64,000 nucleotides of DNA. It comes from Patescibacteria group bacterium (GTDB lineage: Bacteria > Patescibacteriota > Patescibacteriia > Patescibacteriales > JBAZCA01). Shown here piece by piece: positions 39,264 through 49,631 of this stretch. The first letter of the stretch is position 1. Each line of letters opens with the position of its first letter. The notes below the pieces were generated by a model. It did not search any database and was not told where the DNA came from. It saw nothing but the letters and a program-made list of their open reading frames with translations. The stretch covers positions 10,772-74,771 of the forward strand of contig JBAZUF010000003.1 in the NCBI GenBank assembly GCA_041661505.1, written 5' to 3'. Made by a program: the position numbers and the translations under genes.

Positions 39264-39683
39264 ATGGCTCATAAATGCAAATCTTTGGTTATTCATTGCA
39301 TGGATTTCCGGCTGGTGGAAAGTATCCGCGACTGGATGAAAAGCGAGGGAATGCTTTGCGACGCGGACGTAGTATCTTTAGCCGGAGCCGGAAAAGAACT
39401 TTTGACTGATGGAGCCGGACGGGAGATTTTATTAAAACAAATCGAACTGTCGGCTAAATTGCATCACGCCACACAGGTAATTTTACTCCACCATTCCGAT
39501 TGCGGCGCTTATAAGGCTAGTTATACTTTTAATTCTTTTGACGAAGAAAAGGCCCGGCACTCCGAAGACATGACTAAAGAAGCGGAAATAATTAGAGAAA
39601 AATTTCCGGAAATGGAAGTTATTAAAGTGCTGGCGATCATGAAAGACGGGGAAGGGAAAGAGGTGGAATTTGAGAAAATGTAA
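39264..39683 (+). CDS. Small (139 aa) protein with a beta-carbonic-anhydrase-like metal-site signature
   Basis: IHCMDFR (Cys-x-Asp-x-Arg) and LLHHSDCGAY (His-x-x-Cys-Gly) are spaced ~65 aa apart, matching the beta-CA zinc-ligand pattern CxDxR...HxxC. The protein is much shorter than the classical beta-CAs I know of. Confidence 0.55.
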   Translation: MAHKCKSLVIHCMDFRLVESIRDWMKSEGMLCDADVVSLAGAGKELLTDGAGREILLKQIELSAKLHHATQVILLHHSDCGAYKASYTFNSFDEEKARHSEDMTKEAEIIREKFPEMEVIKVLAIMKDGEGKEVEFEKM

Positions 39684-39713
39684 GGTTTTCAATAGTTAAG
39701 TTGGTTTAGGAGG

Positions 39714-39742
39714 TTGACGGGAAGATAATTTAATGGTATATA
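39714..39742 (+). promoter_or_regulatory. Candidate promoter with an extended -10
   Basis: TTGACG at 39714-39719, a 17-nt spacer, then TATATA at 39737-39742 preceded by TGg. Confidence 0.5.
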
Positions 39743-39746
39743 TGCA

Positions 39747-39778
39747 ACAAGTTCGTAGGCGGTCTACGGGCTTGTTTT
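39747..39778 (+). promoter_or_regulatory. 12-bp inverted repeat/hairpin abutting the -10 (5'-terminal stem-loop, attenuator or operator)
   Basis: acaagttcgtag-gcggt-ctacgggcttgt forms 12 pairs, including two G-U, and is followed by ttt. Confidence 0.55.
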
Positions 39779-39818
39779 AGAATAATTGGACTGCACATTC
39801 AAATCGGAGGAATAAGAA

Positions 39819-40604
39819 GTGAAAAAACATTCCGCATCTGCAACTATAACCCATCCAGCTTATCTGGATGAAGTTTGGACGGGTCAAAACGGAAACGCTT
39901 TTCTTAAGAGCCTGAAAGCTCATGGCTTTTCCGAATCGTTCCCTTGTGCCAGGGGTTTTTTCGAAGCTTTTGCAAATGTACCGGAGGGGATTGTCTGCTC
40001 TGATGAAAGAGTTAGAATCCCCAGGATGGTAACCCTCGACTTTGTCGCCCAGCTCTTGTTAGCTGACGAAGAAGATCTGGATAGGTTTGTGCATGTTTAT
40101 AAAGGAAGGTTGCCGCTCATCTTCAGCCACAGCAACTGTGGCGGCTCCCTGGCGAAATACGAAGAACTCCGGCAATTCGGAAACCTTCCAAAAGGTACGC
40201 ACCCTGATGATGTGGCAATTGCCCATACCCAAAAGCTGGGTCGTGAACTTGAGTCTCACTACAGCCACCTCGTCATTAATGATGCTCCTCACACGGCCCG
40301 GGGGGTGTTCGTGGACGGAACCGGGAGATTGGATAGCTGGGCTCTGGACGCGCCGCCGTTCTTTAAGTCCAGCGCCGCCGGATGTGGGTTGAGCCCCGAA
40401 TTTATCCTTAAGGAGGTAAGCACAATTTGCTCTATTGCCCGGGGCGGACACAGCTTTGGCGCCCGGTTTACGCCTGACCGGCCATTCTACGTGCTGGTTA
40501 CCGCGAAGGACGATCGGCAACGCAAGGCGCTTCACGACCTCTGTGAAGAGGTTGCAGAGGCGCATAACGGATGTGTCAAGGTCGGTTCGTGGTCGCCGGA
40601 ATAA
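39819..40604 (+). CDS. 261-aa protein with a second beta-carbonic-anhydrase-like CxDxR / HxxCG signature
   Basis: GTG start with an SD (ggagg) 8 nt upstream. Motifs GIVCSDERV and IFSHSNCGG. The C-terminal ~130 aa are unrecognised. The gene has its own promoter and terminator. The DNA is visibly more G+C-rich, which spawns several overlapping shadow ORFs. Confidence 0.5.
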   Translation: MKKHSASATITHPAYLDEVWTGQNGNAFLKSLKAHGFSESFPCARGFFEAFANVPEGIVCSDERVRIPRMVTLDFVAQLLLADEEDLDRFVHVYKGRLPLIFSHSNCGGSLAKYEELRQFGNLPKGTHPDDVAIAHTQKLGRELESHYSHLVINDAPHTARGVFVDGTGRLDSWALDAPPFFKSSAAGCGLSPEFILKEVSTICSIARGGHSFGARFTPDRPFYVLVTAKDDRQRKALHDLCEEVAEAHNGCVKVGSWSPE

Positions 40605-40632
40605 CCCGGAGAGCGCAACCATATTTAGATCG

Positions 40633-40665
40633 CCGCGGAAGCAAGGAGCTCCGCGGTATTTTTTT
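40633..40665 (+). terminator. Rho-independent terminator
   Basis: Stem ccgcgga (40633-40639) with tccgcgg (40650-40656), followed by tattttttt. Confidence 0.75.
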
Positions 40666-40735
40666 GGTTTTGGTGAAAAAAATTTGGCTAATATTTAAAC
40701 AAAATTAGCTTCTAAAAAGATGGGAAAGAAGGGGC

Positions 40736-40763
40736 TTGACAAAGGCTGTTCTTGTGCTAAAAT
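40736..40763 (+). promoter_or_regulatory. groESL promoter (TTGACA-16 nt-TGcTAAAAT)
   Basis: A consensus -35 at 40736-40741. An extended -10 with TGc at 40755-40757 and TAAAAT at 40758-40763. Confidence 0.6.
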
Positions 40764-40773
40764 ATGAACACAT

Positions 40774-40800
40774 TTAGCAGTCTATTGGCTTAAGTGCTAA
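40774..40800 (+). promoter_or_regulatory. CIRCE operator (HrcA binding site), slightly degenerate
   Basis: TTAGCAGTC-N9-AAGTGCTAA compared with the consensus TTAGCACTC-N9-GAGTGCTAA. It lies between the promoter and groES. Confidence 0.75.
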
Positions 40801-40877
40801 TAGCTGTTTTCGAAAATATTAATTATTTTTTGCCTGGGCATGGAGCGTAATGCTGCATGTCCCCGGGTATTGAAACT

Positions 40878-41168
40878 ATGAATATCAAACCTCTGCACGA
40901 CAACGTGATTGTAAAACCAATCTCCGAAGACGAAGTGACTAAATTCGGATTAGTCATCCCGGAAACGATCGACAAGGAAAAACCGGAAAAAGGCGAAGTG
41001 ATTGCTGTCGGCGCCGGAAAAATTCTAGATAACGGCCAGCTCGCCCCAATGAGCGTCAAAGTCGGCGATAAAGTAATGTTTAAAAAATATTCGCCGGATG
41101 AAATTAAGATTGACGGGAAAGAAGTTTTAGTAATCAGTGAACGGGATATAATTGCAATTTTAGGTTAA
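40878..41168 (+). CDS. groES: Co-chaperonin GroES
   Basis: MNIKPLHDNVIVKP..., 96 aa. The ATG at 40878 is preferred over the track start at 40857. Confidence 0.9.
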   Translation: MNIKPLHDNVIVKPISEDEVTKFGLVIPETIDKEKPEKGEVIAVGAGKILDNGQLAPMSVKVGDKVMFKKYSPDEIKIDGKEVLVISERDIIAILG

Positions 41169-41230
41169 TAAATTTGATTATTAATTTTTAGCGTGTCATG
41201 CACGAATACTGCTCATGTCATGCACAATAA

Positions 41231-42889
<1,659 letters not shown>

Positions 42890-42912
42890 TTTAGAGCCAA
42901 TTTTATAGAAAA

Positions 42913-42937
42913 AGCATCTCGAGAGAGGTGCTTTTTT
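42913..42937 (+). terminator. Rho-independent terminator after groEL
   Basis: Stem agcatctc, loop gaga, stem gaggtgct (one G-U pair), followed by T6. Confidence 0.75.
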
Positions 42938-42992
42938 GTTGCCCGTTAAGCGGTTTTAGCGTATAATGGAATAAGATAAATTTTTCAAAAAT

Positions 42993-44024
42993 ATGGATTC
43001 CAAGCGCTACATCAATATTAATATCTCTACTATTACCCTGATAAAGGTGCTTATAATCGGCTTCCTGATTTATATTTTGTTTCTAATCCGGGACATCTTG
43101 GTTGTCTTTTTTATTTCCCTAATTTTCGCTGCCGCTATAGGCCCGGCAGTCGATTGGATGCAGAAGCGGAAAATACCGCGGACTTTGGGAGTAGTTTTTA
43201 TTTACCTGGCCTTATTCATTTTAATCGGTTCAGTAATTTACTTAATCATCCCGCCGATTACCACCCAGATGAAAGAGCTGTCAGATAATTTTCCCCAGTA
43301 CGTGGAAAAACTGGCGAATGGCACTTCCTTTTTAGGAGGGTACCAGGGGAATGTCGTTTCCAGCATAAAAGGCGCCCTGGACGCCATAAAAGATAATCTG
43401 CAAAATAACGCCGGCAGCGTCTTTTCCACCGTTTCTAATGTCTTCGGGAGTATATTTTCTTTCTTTCTGGCTTTAGTTATTACTTTTTACATGGCGGTGG
43501 AAGATAATGCCATGAAAAAAATCGTCCGTTCGATTGTCCCGTTTAAGCACCAGCCGTATGCCTTAAACTTAACCACCCGGATGCAAAAAAAGATCGGCCT
43601 TTGGCTAAGAGGGCAGCTGATTCTATGCCTCTCTGTCGGAGTTTTAGTCTATATCGGCTTATCAATCCTGGGCATAAAATACGCCCTGGTCCTCGCTCTA
43701 ATCGCCGGCATAACTGAATTCGTCCCCTATATGGGGCCAATTATCGGCGCTGTTCCCGGAGTTATCATTGCTTTTTCGGTTTCGCCCATGCTCGCTTTAA
43801 TCGCGGCCGCGTTTTATTACCTGGTCCAGCTGACGGAAAACAATATTTTAGTGCCGAAAATTATGCAAAAGGCTGTCGGCTTAAATCCGATCGTAAGCAT
43901 CGCGGTTTTATTAATCGGTTTTCAGCTGGCGGGAATTGCCGGGGCGATCCTTTCCATTCCGGTAGCGACGGCGGCGAGCGTTTTTATCCAGGATATTTTT
44001 GATCACCGCCTGGCCGAAGAATAA
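42993..44024 (+). CDS. AI-2E family transporter (PerM/UPF0118)
   Basis: About 8 TM helices. The conserved C-terminal block ITEFVPYMGPIIGAVPG...ENNILVPKIM is typical of the family. Confidence 0.8.
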   Translation: MDSKRYININISTITLIKVLIIGFLIYILFLIRDILVVFFISLIFAAAIGPAVDWMQKRKIPRTLGVVFIYLALFILIGSVIYLIIPPITTQMKELSDNFPQYVEKLANGTSFLGGYQGNVVSSIKGALDAIKDNLQNNAGSVFSTVSNVFGSIFSFFLALVITFYMAVEDNAMKKIVRSIVPFKHQPYALNLTTRMQKKIGLWLRGQLILCLSVGVLVYIGLSILGIKYALVLALIAGITEFVPYMGPIIGAVPGVIIAFSVSPMLALIAAAFYYLVQLTENNILVPKIMQKAVGLNPIVSIAVLLIGFQLAGIAGAILSIPVATAASVFIQDIFDHRLAEE

Positions 44025-44062
44025 AAAATTATTATGACTATTTTGATAAATAGAATAAATCA

Positions 44063-45016
44063 ATGAGTTTTGGCGTAATTCATAGTATGATTGAGATTGC
44101 GAACCTCACCAAAAAATTAGGCAACAATACAATTCTTGATAATCTCTCTTTTTCCGTAAGAAAGGGGGAGATTTTAGGTTTTTTAGGTCCGAACGGGGCC
44201 GGAAAAACCACTACCATGAAAATAATTACCAGTTTTTGGGCGCCCACCAGCGGCCAGGTTTTGATTGACGGCGCGGAAGTCGTAAAAAATTCTTTAGACA
44301 TCCGGTCAAAAATCGGCTATTTGCCGGAAACCGTGCCGCTGTACGAGGACATGAAGGTAAAAGAATATTTGAAATTCGTCGCTGAAATCCGCCGGATTCC
44401 CAAAGAAAAAACAGCCGGGCGGATAAAAGAGGTGGTTATGGCCTGCGGGTTAAAAGAGGTATATGACCGGCTGATTGACGAATTATCCAAGGGCTACCGC
44501 CAAAGAGTGGGGTTGGCCCAGGCAATAATCCACGACCCGCAGATTCTAATTTTAGACGAACCGACGACCGGCCTGGATCCCAACCAAATCGCCGAGATCC
44601 GGGAATTGATAAAAAATCTCGGAAAGGAAAAAACCGTAATTTTTTCCACCCATATTTTACAGGAGGTTGCGGCGGTTTGCGGCCGGGTAATAATTATTAA
44701 CAAAGGAAAAATCGCCGGGGAAGGAACGCCCGAAGAATTAATGAACCGCGCCGGAGGGAGAGAACTGATTTACGTAAAAATAAAAGGCGCGCGCGAGTCA
44801 GTGCTGGAAAAAATTAGAGCTTTAGAAAATGTGATCCGCGCCGACGCGGCGGACAAAGAGGCTCTGGATATCTACGGCTATTCAATTGAACCCAAGCCGG
44901 GAGTTGATCTGCGCGAACAATTATCAAAGACGGTTATGAATAACAATTGGAGTATTTTGGAATTCTCCAAAAAATCAGCCACCCTGGAAGATGTGTTTAG
45001 GGAATTAACCAAGTAA
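44063..45016 (+). CDS. ABC transporter ATP-binding protein (ABC-2/GldA-like)
   Basis: Walker A GPNGAGKTT, signature LSKGYRQRV, and Walker B LILDEPTTGLD. An alternative start at 44087 (MIEIANL) is possible. Confidence 0.9.
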   Translation: MSFGVIHSMIEIANLTKKLGNNTILDNLSFSVRKGEILGFLGPNGAGKTTTMKIITSFWAPTSGQVLIDGAEVVKNSLDIRSKIGYLPETVPLYEDMKVKEYLKFVAEIRRIPKEKTAGRIKEVVMACGLKEVYDRLIDELSKGYRQRVGLAQAIIHDPQILILDEPTTGLDPNQIAEIRELIKNLGKEKTVIFSTHILQEVAAVCGRVIIINKGKIAGEGTPEELMNRAGGRELIYVKIKGARESVLEKIRALENVIRADAADKEALDIYGYSIEPKPGVDLREQLSKTVMNNNWSILEFSKKSATLEDVFRELTK

Positions 45017-45079
45017 GAGACAGGGCTGGCAGTTTGTCTTGCCGCCGGCTTTTATAAAAATAGGCGTAAGTATAAAAAA

Positions 45080-45808
45080 ATGCTTAAAGAAATCGGCTGC
45101 AAAAATATATATATTTTATTTAAAAAGGAGTTATGGGCTTATTTTAATTCGCCGATTGCCTATATTTTTATTGCCGTATTTTTGGTTGCCGGAAACTGGC
45201 TTTTTTTCAATTCCTTTTTCATCTCCGGCCAGGCCAGCTTAAGAAATTATTTTTCACTTCTTCCCTGGATGTTTTTATTTTTAGCTCCGGCTTTGACTAT
45301 GCGCCTTTGGGCCGAAGAAAAAAAATCCGGCACGATCGAGTTCCTTTTAACCCTGCCGGTTACTGACTCCGAAGCGGTTTTAGGAAAATTTTTCGGCGCT
45401 TTGTCATTCCTTTTTATCACGCTTTTACTGTCTGTAAGCGTCCCCATAAGCATCGCCTTTTTAGGAAGCGTTGATATGGGGCCGGTAGCCGGCGGTTATT
45501 TGGGCGCTCTTTTTCTAGGAGGATCATATCTGGCGCTCGGACTTTTTATTTCTTCTTTGACGAAAAATCAAATTATCGCTTTTATTCTGGCCTTGGCGGC
45601 CTGCTTCTTGTTTTTTATGGCTGGGGCCGACTTTGCCGTTTCCAGCGCCCCGCAATTTTTACAGCCGCTAATGCAGTTTCTGGGGCTGGGCAGCCATTTT
45701 TATAATATCGCCAAAGGGGTAATCGATACCAAAGACATTATTTATTATCTGTCGTTTATGTTTTTATTTTTATGGTTAAACGCCAAGATGATTGAAGCCC
45801 GCAAGTAG
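45080..45808 (+). CDS. ABC-2 type transporter permease (GldF-like)
   Basis: Six TM helices, located directly after the ATPase gene. ELWAYFNSPIAYIFIAVFL is the typical N-terminus of this permease family. Confidence 0.7.
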   Translation: MLKEIGCKNIYILFKKELWAYFNSPIAYIFIAVFLVAGNWLFFNSFFISGQASLRNYFSLLPWMFLFLAPALTMRLWAEEKKSGTIEFLLTLPVTDSEAVLGKFFGALSFLFITLLLSVSVPISIAFLGSVDMGPVAGGYLGALFLGGSYLALGLFISSLTKNQIIAFILALAACFLFFMAGADFAVSSAPQFLQPLMQFLGLGSHFYNIAKGVIDTKDIIYYLSFMFLFLWLNAKMIEARK

Positions 45809-45873
45809 CAATAATTTTAGGATAAGCAGATATGGAAAAATTCGGATTTTATGGAAGATAAAAAATCGTTAAT

Positions 45874-47424
45874 ATGATGGACAAAGTTAAAAAGCTGAAA
45901 ATCGCCAAAAAATTAAATCTTTCGGTTACGATTGTCTTGGTAATCGCGATTTTGGCGGTTATTAATTTCATTTCTTATAAAGCATTTTTCCGGTGGGACA
46001 TAACCGAGTCGCATGATTTTTCCATTTCCAAAGCTTCAAAGACAACCGCTGGGGAGCTGGATGATGTAGTTAATATTAAGGCTTATTTTAGCAAAAATTT
46101 GCCTAGCCAATTCTTGAATTTAAAGCAAGAAGTGGCCGATATTTTGAGCGAATACCAAAGCTACAGCCAGGGAAAAATTAAGGTGGAATTTATCGATCCT
46201 GGGAATGACGAGGAGATGAAGAATAAATTATATCTGGCCGGCATTCCGCCTCTGCAGCTGAATGTTTTAGAAAAGGATAAATATCAGGTGGTGCAGGGCT
46301 ACTTGGGGCTGGCTATTAGCTACGGTGATAAAACCGAAGCTATTCCGGTGGTAAAAAGCTCTGATGATTTAGAATACCAGATTACCACGGCCATTAAAAA
46401 AGTGTCTGGCAAGGAATCGCCGGTAATCGGCTATTTAACGAGCTATGGAACCATTCAGCCGGAAGAAGCGAATACGGCTCTGGCGGAATTAAAGAAAATA
46501 TATGAAGTCCAAAATATTGATCTTAAGGCCGCCGGCCAGATTCCCAAAGAAATTAAGACTTTAATAATCGCCGGCCCTAAAGAAAAATTTGGAGACAAGG
46601 AATTGAAGGCGGTCGACTCTTATTTGAGTGGCGGCGGTTCAATTCTTTTACTCATTGACGGGGTTAACGTCGGCCAGGGGCTAACCGCCGAAAAGAATGA
46701 GACTGGCCTGGAAAAGTTATTGGAAAAATACGGAATTAGGGCCAATACCGACTTAATCGCCGATCCGCAATCAGGAGTCGCTTCGTTTAACCAGGGCTAT
46801 ATCACTTTTTCCGTCGAATATCCGTTTTGGCCGAAGATTTTAAAGGGCAATTTCGATAAAAACGTGTCGGCGGTTTCTAATCTCGAAACCGTAATTCTCC
46901 CCTGGGTTTCGAGTATCGATGTAATTCCCGATAAGATGAATAAAGACAACAGAGTTTCTAATTTAATTATGAGCTCGGAAAAATCTTGGCGGGTTGCCGG
47001 CGACTATAACATCAGTCCGCAGGGAATAACTATGCCTAAAGAAGGCGCAGGCTCTTACAGCTTGGCGGTTTTAGCTTCCGGAAGTTTTACTTCGGCTTAT
47101 GACGCAAAAAAAACCTTCAATTCAAAGATTGCGGTGGTTGGAGACAGTGATTTTATCCGCGAAAATTTTGCCGGCAACGCGCCCGACAATTTGGCCCTAT
47201 TCCAGAACCTAACCGATATTTTAAGCCTGGATGAGGCTTTAATAAATATCCGGTCCAAAGGAGTAACCAGCCGGCCGGTCAAGGAGTTGAGCGAAGCGGG
47301 GAAGGCGGGGATTAGGTACGCAAACGTGTTTGGCATGACAATAATCATCGTCGGGCTGGGGGCGCTAAGGTATATAACAAGAAGGAGAAAAAGGCAGGTA
47401 AATAAGGATTTTGATAGTTTCTAA
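45874..47424 (+). CDS. GldG-like auxiliary component of the ABC-2 system (N- and C-terminal TM anchors)
   Basis: Topology (TM, large soluble region, TM, basic tail) and position after the GldA/GldF-like genes. Assigned from remembered family architecture. Confidence 0.6.
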   Translation: MMDKVKKLKIAKKLNLSVTIVLVIAILAVINFISYKAFFRWDITESHDFSISKASKTTAGELDDVVNIKAYFSKNLPSQFLNLKQEVADILSEYQSYSQGKIKVEFIDPGNDEEMKNKLYLAGIPPLQLNVLEKDKYQVVQGYLGLAISYGDKTEAIPVVKSSDDLEYQITTAIKKVSGKESPVIGYLTSYGTIQPEEANTALAELKKIYEVQNIDLKAAGQIPKEIKTLIIAGPKEKFGDKELKAVDSYLSGGGSILLLIDGVNVGQGLTAEKNETGLEKLLEKYGIRANTDLIADPQSGVASFNQGYITFSVEYPFWPKILKGNFDKNVSAVSNLETVILPWVSSIDVIPDKMNKDNRVSNLIMSSEKSWRVAGDYNISPQGITMPKEGAGSYSLAVLASGSFTSAYDAKKTFNSKIAVVGDSDFIRENFAGNAPDNLALFQNLTDILSLDEALINIRSKGVTSRPVKELSEAGKAGIRYANVFGMTIIIVGLGALRYITRRRKRQVNKDFDSF

Positions 47425-47434
47425 TTTTTTATTC

Positions 47435-48343
47435 ATGAAAAAAAATTTATACCTGTTGATATTATTGATAATTTTAGCCGGAGGCGCCTATTTATACGAG
47501 GGGCCTTTTCAAAAATGGAATGAATCGCGGAAGGCGCCGAAGAATTTTTTGAATACCATTAATTTTGAGTCAGCGGATAAAATAGAAATAATTAGAACCG
47601 AAAAGACCGAGGTTTTAAATAAAGACGGCGAACGCTGGAAATTGGATGATGGAAAATTCTACGCTTCTAGTGAAGCGGTTAGCGCCTTAAAGGAAAGCTT
47701 TCAGAAAGCCCAGTCGTCCCGGTTTGAAATCGCGAGCGCCAACAAAGAAAAAAAAGGCGATTTTGATTTAACTAAAGAATTCGGGACTGAAGTTAGAATG
47801 TCTTCGGGGGGCAAGGCGATTGGCGATTTTTTGATCGGCAAGCTTACAAGCGATTACATGGGCTCATATATCAGCCAGCCGGATAGCGCCGATTCGTACA
47901 TGCTCCCAGTCGCGCTAGCCAGCGCATTCTCTCCTTATGAGTGGCGCGATTTGTCCATTTTTAAAATTTCCAAAGAGAAAATTGAAAAATTAAGATTCCA
48001 ATATCCGGATCGGGAGTTAAAATTCGAAAAAAAAGACGGCGGGTGGCAGGTGGTTTCGCCGGAAAAATTTAAAGCCGAAGATACAGCCGTCGACGAGGCA
48101 TTGGCCGCTCTTGCCGGCCTTAATGCTGAAGCTATCCCGGCCCAAAGTTTTTCCGGCACTGATTTGGAAAAGCACTTAATTATTGTCGAAGCCCAAGGAT
48201 CCGAAGGAAATTTTACTTTAATGATCGGGAAGGACAACGGCCGCGGCCAATATTACGCTAAGCGCGGAGATTCGGAGAATGTCTATTTAATCGGCAAAGC
48301 CAACCGGGATTTGTTTGATAAAAAGATCGGGGATTTTAAATAG
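47435..48343 (+). CDS. DUF4340-like protein (commonly follows gldG)
   Basis: An N-terminal anchor (MKKNLYLLILLIILAGGAYL) and repeated beta-rich modules. The synteny-based call is tentative. The ATG at 47435 is preferred over the TTG at 47411. Confidence 0.45.
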   Translation: MKKNLYLLILLIILAGGAYLYEGPFQKWNESRKAPKNFLNTINFESADKIEIIRTEKTEVLNKDGERWKLDDGKFYASSEAVSALKESFQKAQSSRFEIASANKEKKGDFDLTKEFGTEVRMSSGGKAIGDFLIGKLTSDYMGSYISQPDSADSYMLPVALASAFSPYEWRDLSIFKISKEKIEKLRFQYPDRELKFEKKDGGWQVVSPEKFKAEDTAVDEALAALAGLNAEAIPAQSFSGTDLEKHLIIVEAQGSEGNFTLMIGKDNGRGQYYAKRGDSENVYLIGKANRDLFDKKIGDFK

Positions 48344-48361
48344 TAAACGGAAGACAATAAA

Positions 48362-48385
48362 GGCCGGCCAAGAAGCCGGTTTTTT
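48362..48385 (+). terminator. Rho-independent terminator
   Basis: Stem ccggc, loop caagaa, stem gccgg, followed by T6. Confidence 0.6.
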
Positions 48386-48429
48386 GTTGCCGGTTACTTG
48401 TGATACAATAGTAAAAGAAAGTTAAATTT

Positions 48430-49485
48430 ATGGGGATATCTAATTTTTTTAAAAGTGAAAAAAAGACCAACCCCGGCCTTTCCGGACTGGAAAAGCCTGA
48501 ACGTTCGAATAGTCCGGAAAATCCCGACAGAAGGGAAAAATTAATAACGCTGGCGGCGGCGGCATTATTTTCCGGGCTCTGGGCGGGAAAAAGGGTGCGT
48601 GATTTGTATAAGGCCGGAGAAACAAAAGAAACGCACCTGGATTTGGATAAAGACTACTCTGCGCCCGTTAAAAGAGAAACGCCAAAACCGCCCGCTAAAA
48701 AAACTCCTGCCGCAGAGATTGACAGGCCGCCCGCCAAAGAAAAAGACCCGGCCTTGCGAGTATGCAAAAACGCCGAACTATGGCTTCGGCAGATTGAGAA
48801 TTCCCCGGTTTGGCCGAAAAATTTATTCACTCCGGATTTATTTTTAGCCCAGGAAATGCAAGAATCGAAATTCGGACGTTTCTTAAAAAGCCCCAAAGGC
48901 GCCGTCGGGGTAATGCAGAATATGGGCATATCAGTTAAAGATGTTTTAAGATATTTGGGAAAGCTCCAGAGGAATACCAAATTAAAATTTGAAGGATTGG
49001 AAGATTTAGACGGCGAAGTCCTGGAAAAAGCGATGGAGATAATTCACGGCGAAGAAAAATACAGCCGCGCTTTCGGAAAAATATTCATGGCGGCGCTCGG
49101 TGACGAAAAATACGGCTATGCGGCGGGCAAGGCAGAAGGCCGGCAGAGCGAAGAAGATCGGGCAACGGAAAAAAGGAAAAGGATTTTGGCCGCTTATAAC
49201 GGCGGCCCGTCGCTAAAAGGCTTGGACGAGGATGCCTGGCCGGAAGAATCAAAAAAATACGCCTACAAGGTGCTAAATTACGAAGAAAGGATTAGAAATA
49301 TCCGGGAGGCTTTGGCCGAAACCAATGTTATTAATCCTTATGATGATGAGACGGTAAAGTATTTTGCTTTGATGATGGATTTTTACAAAAGCCAAAAAGA
49401 GAAATATCGGTTTATCGGCCGAACCATTGAAAAGATAATGAAGTCGCCGGCCGCCAAAGGAAAACAAGCCCTAGGATTCAGGTAG
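48430..49485 (+). CDS. Lytic transglycosylase (SLT)-domain protein with a Pro/Lys-rich N-terminal region
   Basis: AQEMQESKF (catalytic Glu-Ser) and GAVGVMQ motifs. One TM-like segment (LITLAAAALFSGLWA). Confidence 0.55.
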   Translation: MGISNFFKSEKKTNPGLSGLEKPERSNSPENPDRREKLITLAAAALFSGLWAGKRVRDLYKAGETKETHLDLDKDYSAPVKRETPKPPAKKTPAAEIDRPPAKEKDPALRVCKNAELWLRQIENSPVWPKNLFTPDLFLAQEMQESKFGRFLKSPKGAVGVMQNMGISVKDVLRYLGKLQRNTKLKFEGLEDLDGEVLEKAMEIIHGEEKYSRAFGKIFMAALGDEKYGYAAGKAEGRQSEEDRATEKRKRILAAYNGGPSLKGLDEDAWPEESKKYAYKVLNYEERIRNIREALAETNVINPYDDETVKYFALMMDFYKSQKEKYRFIGRTIEKIMKSPAAKGKQALGFR

Positions 49486-49531
49486 ATAAGAGAGATATTG
49501 GGCTAAAAATTTTTATTGCGGGCAAAAAAAT

Positions 49532-49553
49532 GCCGCCTTTTGGCGGAGTTTTT
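49532..49553 (+). terminator. Probable Rho-independent terminator
   Basis: Stem gccgcc, loop tttt, stem ggcgga, followed by gttttt. Confidence 0.5.
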
Positions 49554-49631
49554 ATTTGGGTGGAAATATGATACAATTAGGGGAGAAAAAAGGCTTAATC
49601 GGCCTTGATTTATCATTATCTTCAAAGCAAT

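Noticed and set aside
40059-40698. Three extra ORFs overlapping the 39819..40604 gene: 187 aa on the minus strand, and 101 aa and 87 aa on the plus strand.
   Set aside because: These are typical stop-poor alternative frames of a locally G+C-rich gene. They are Arg/Pro/Gly-rich nonsense composition. Only the 261-aa frame has an SD, promoter, terminator and a coherent motif pattern.
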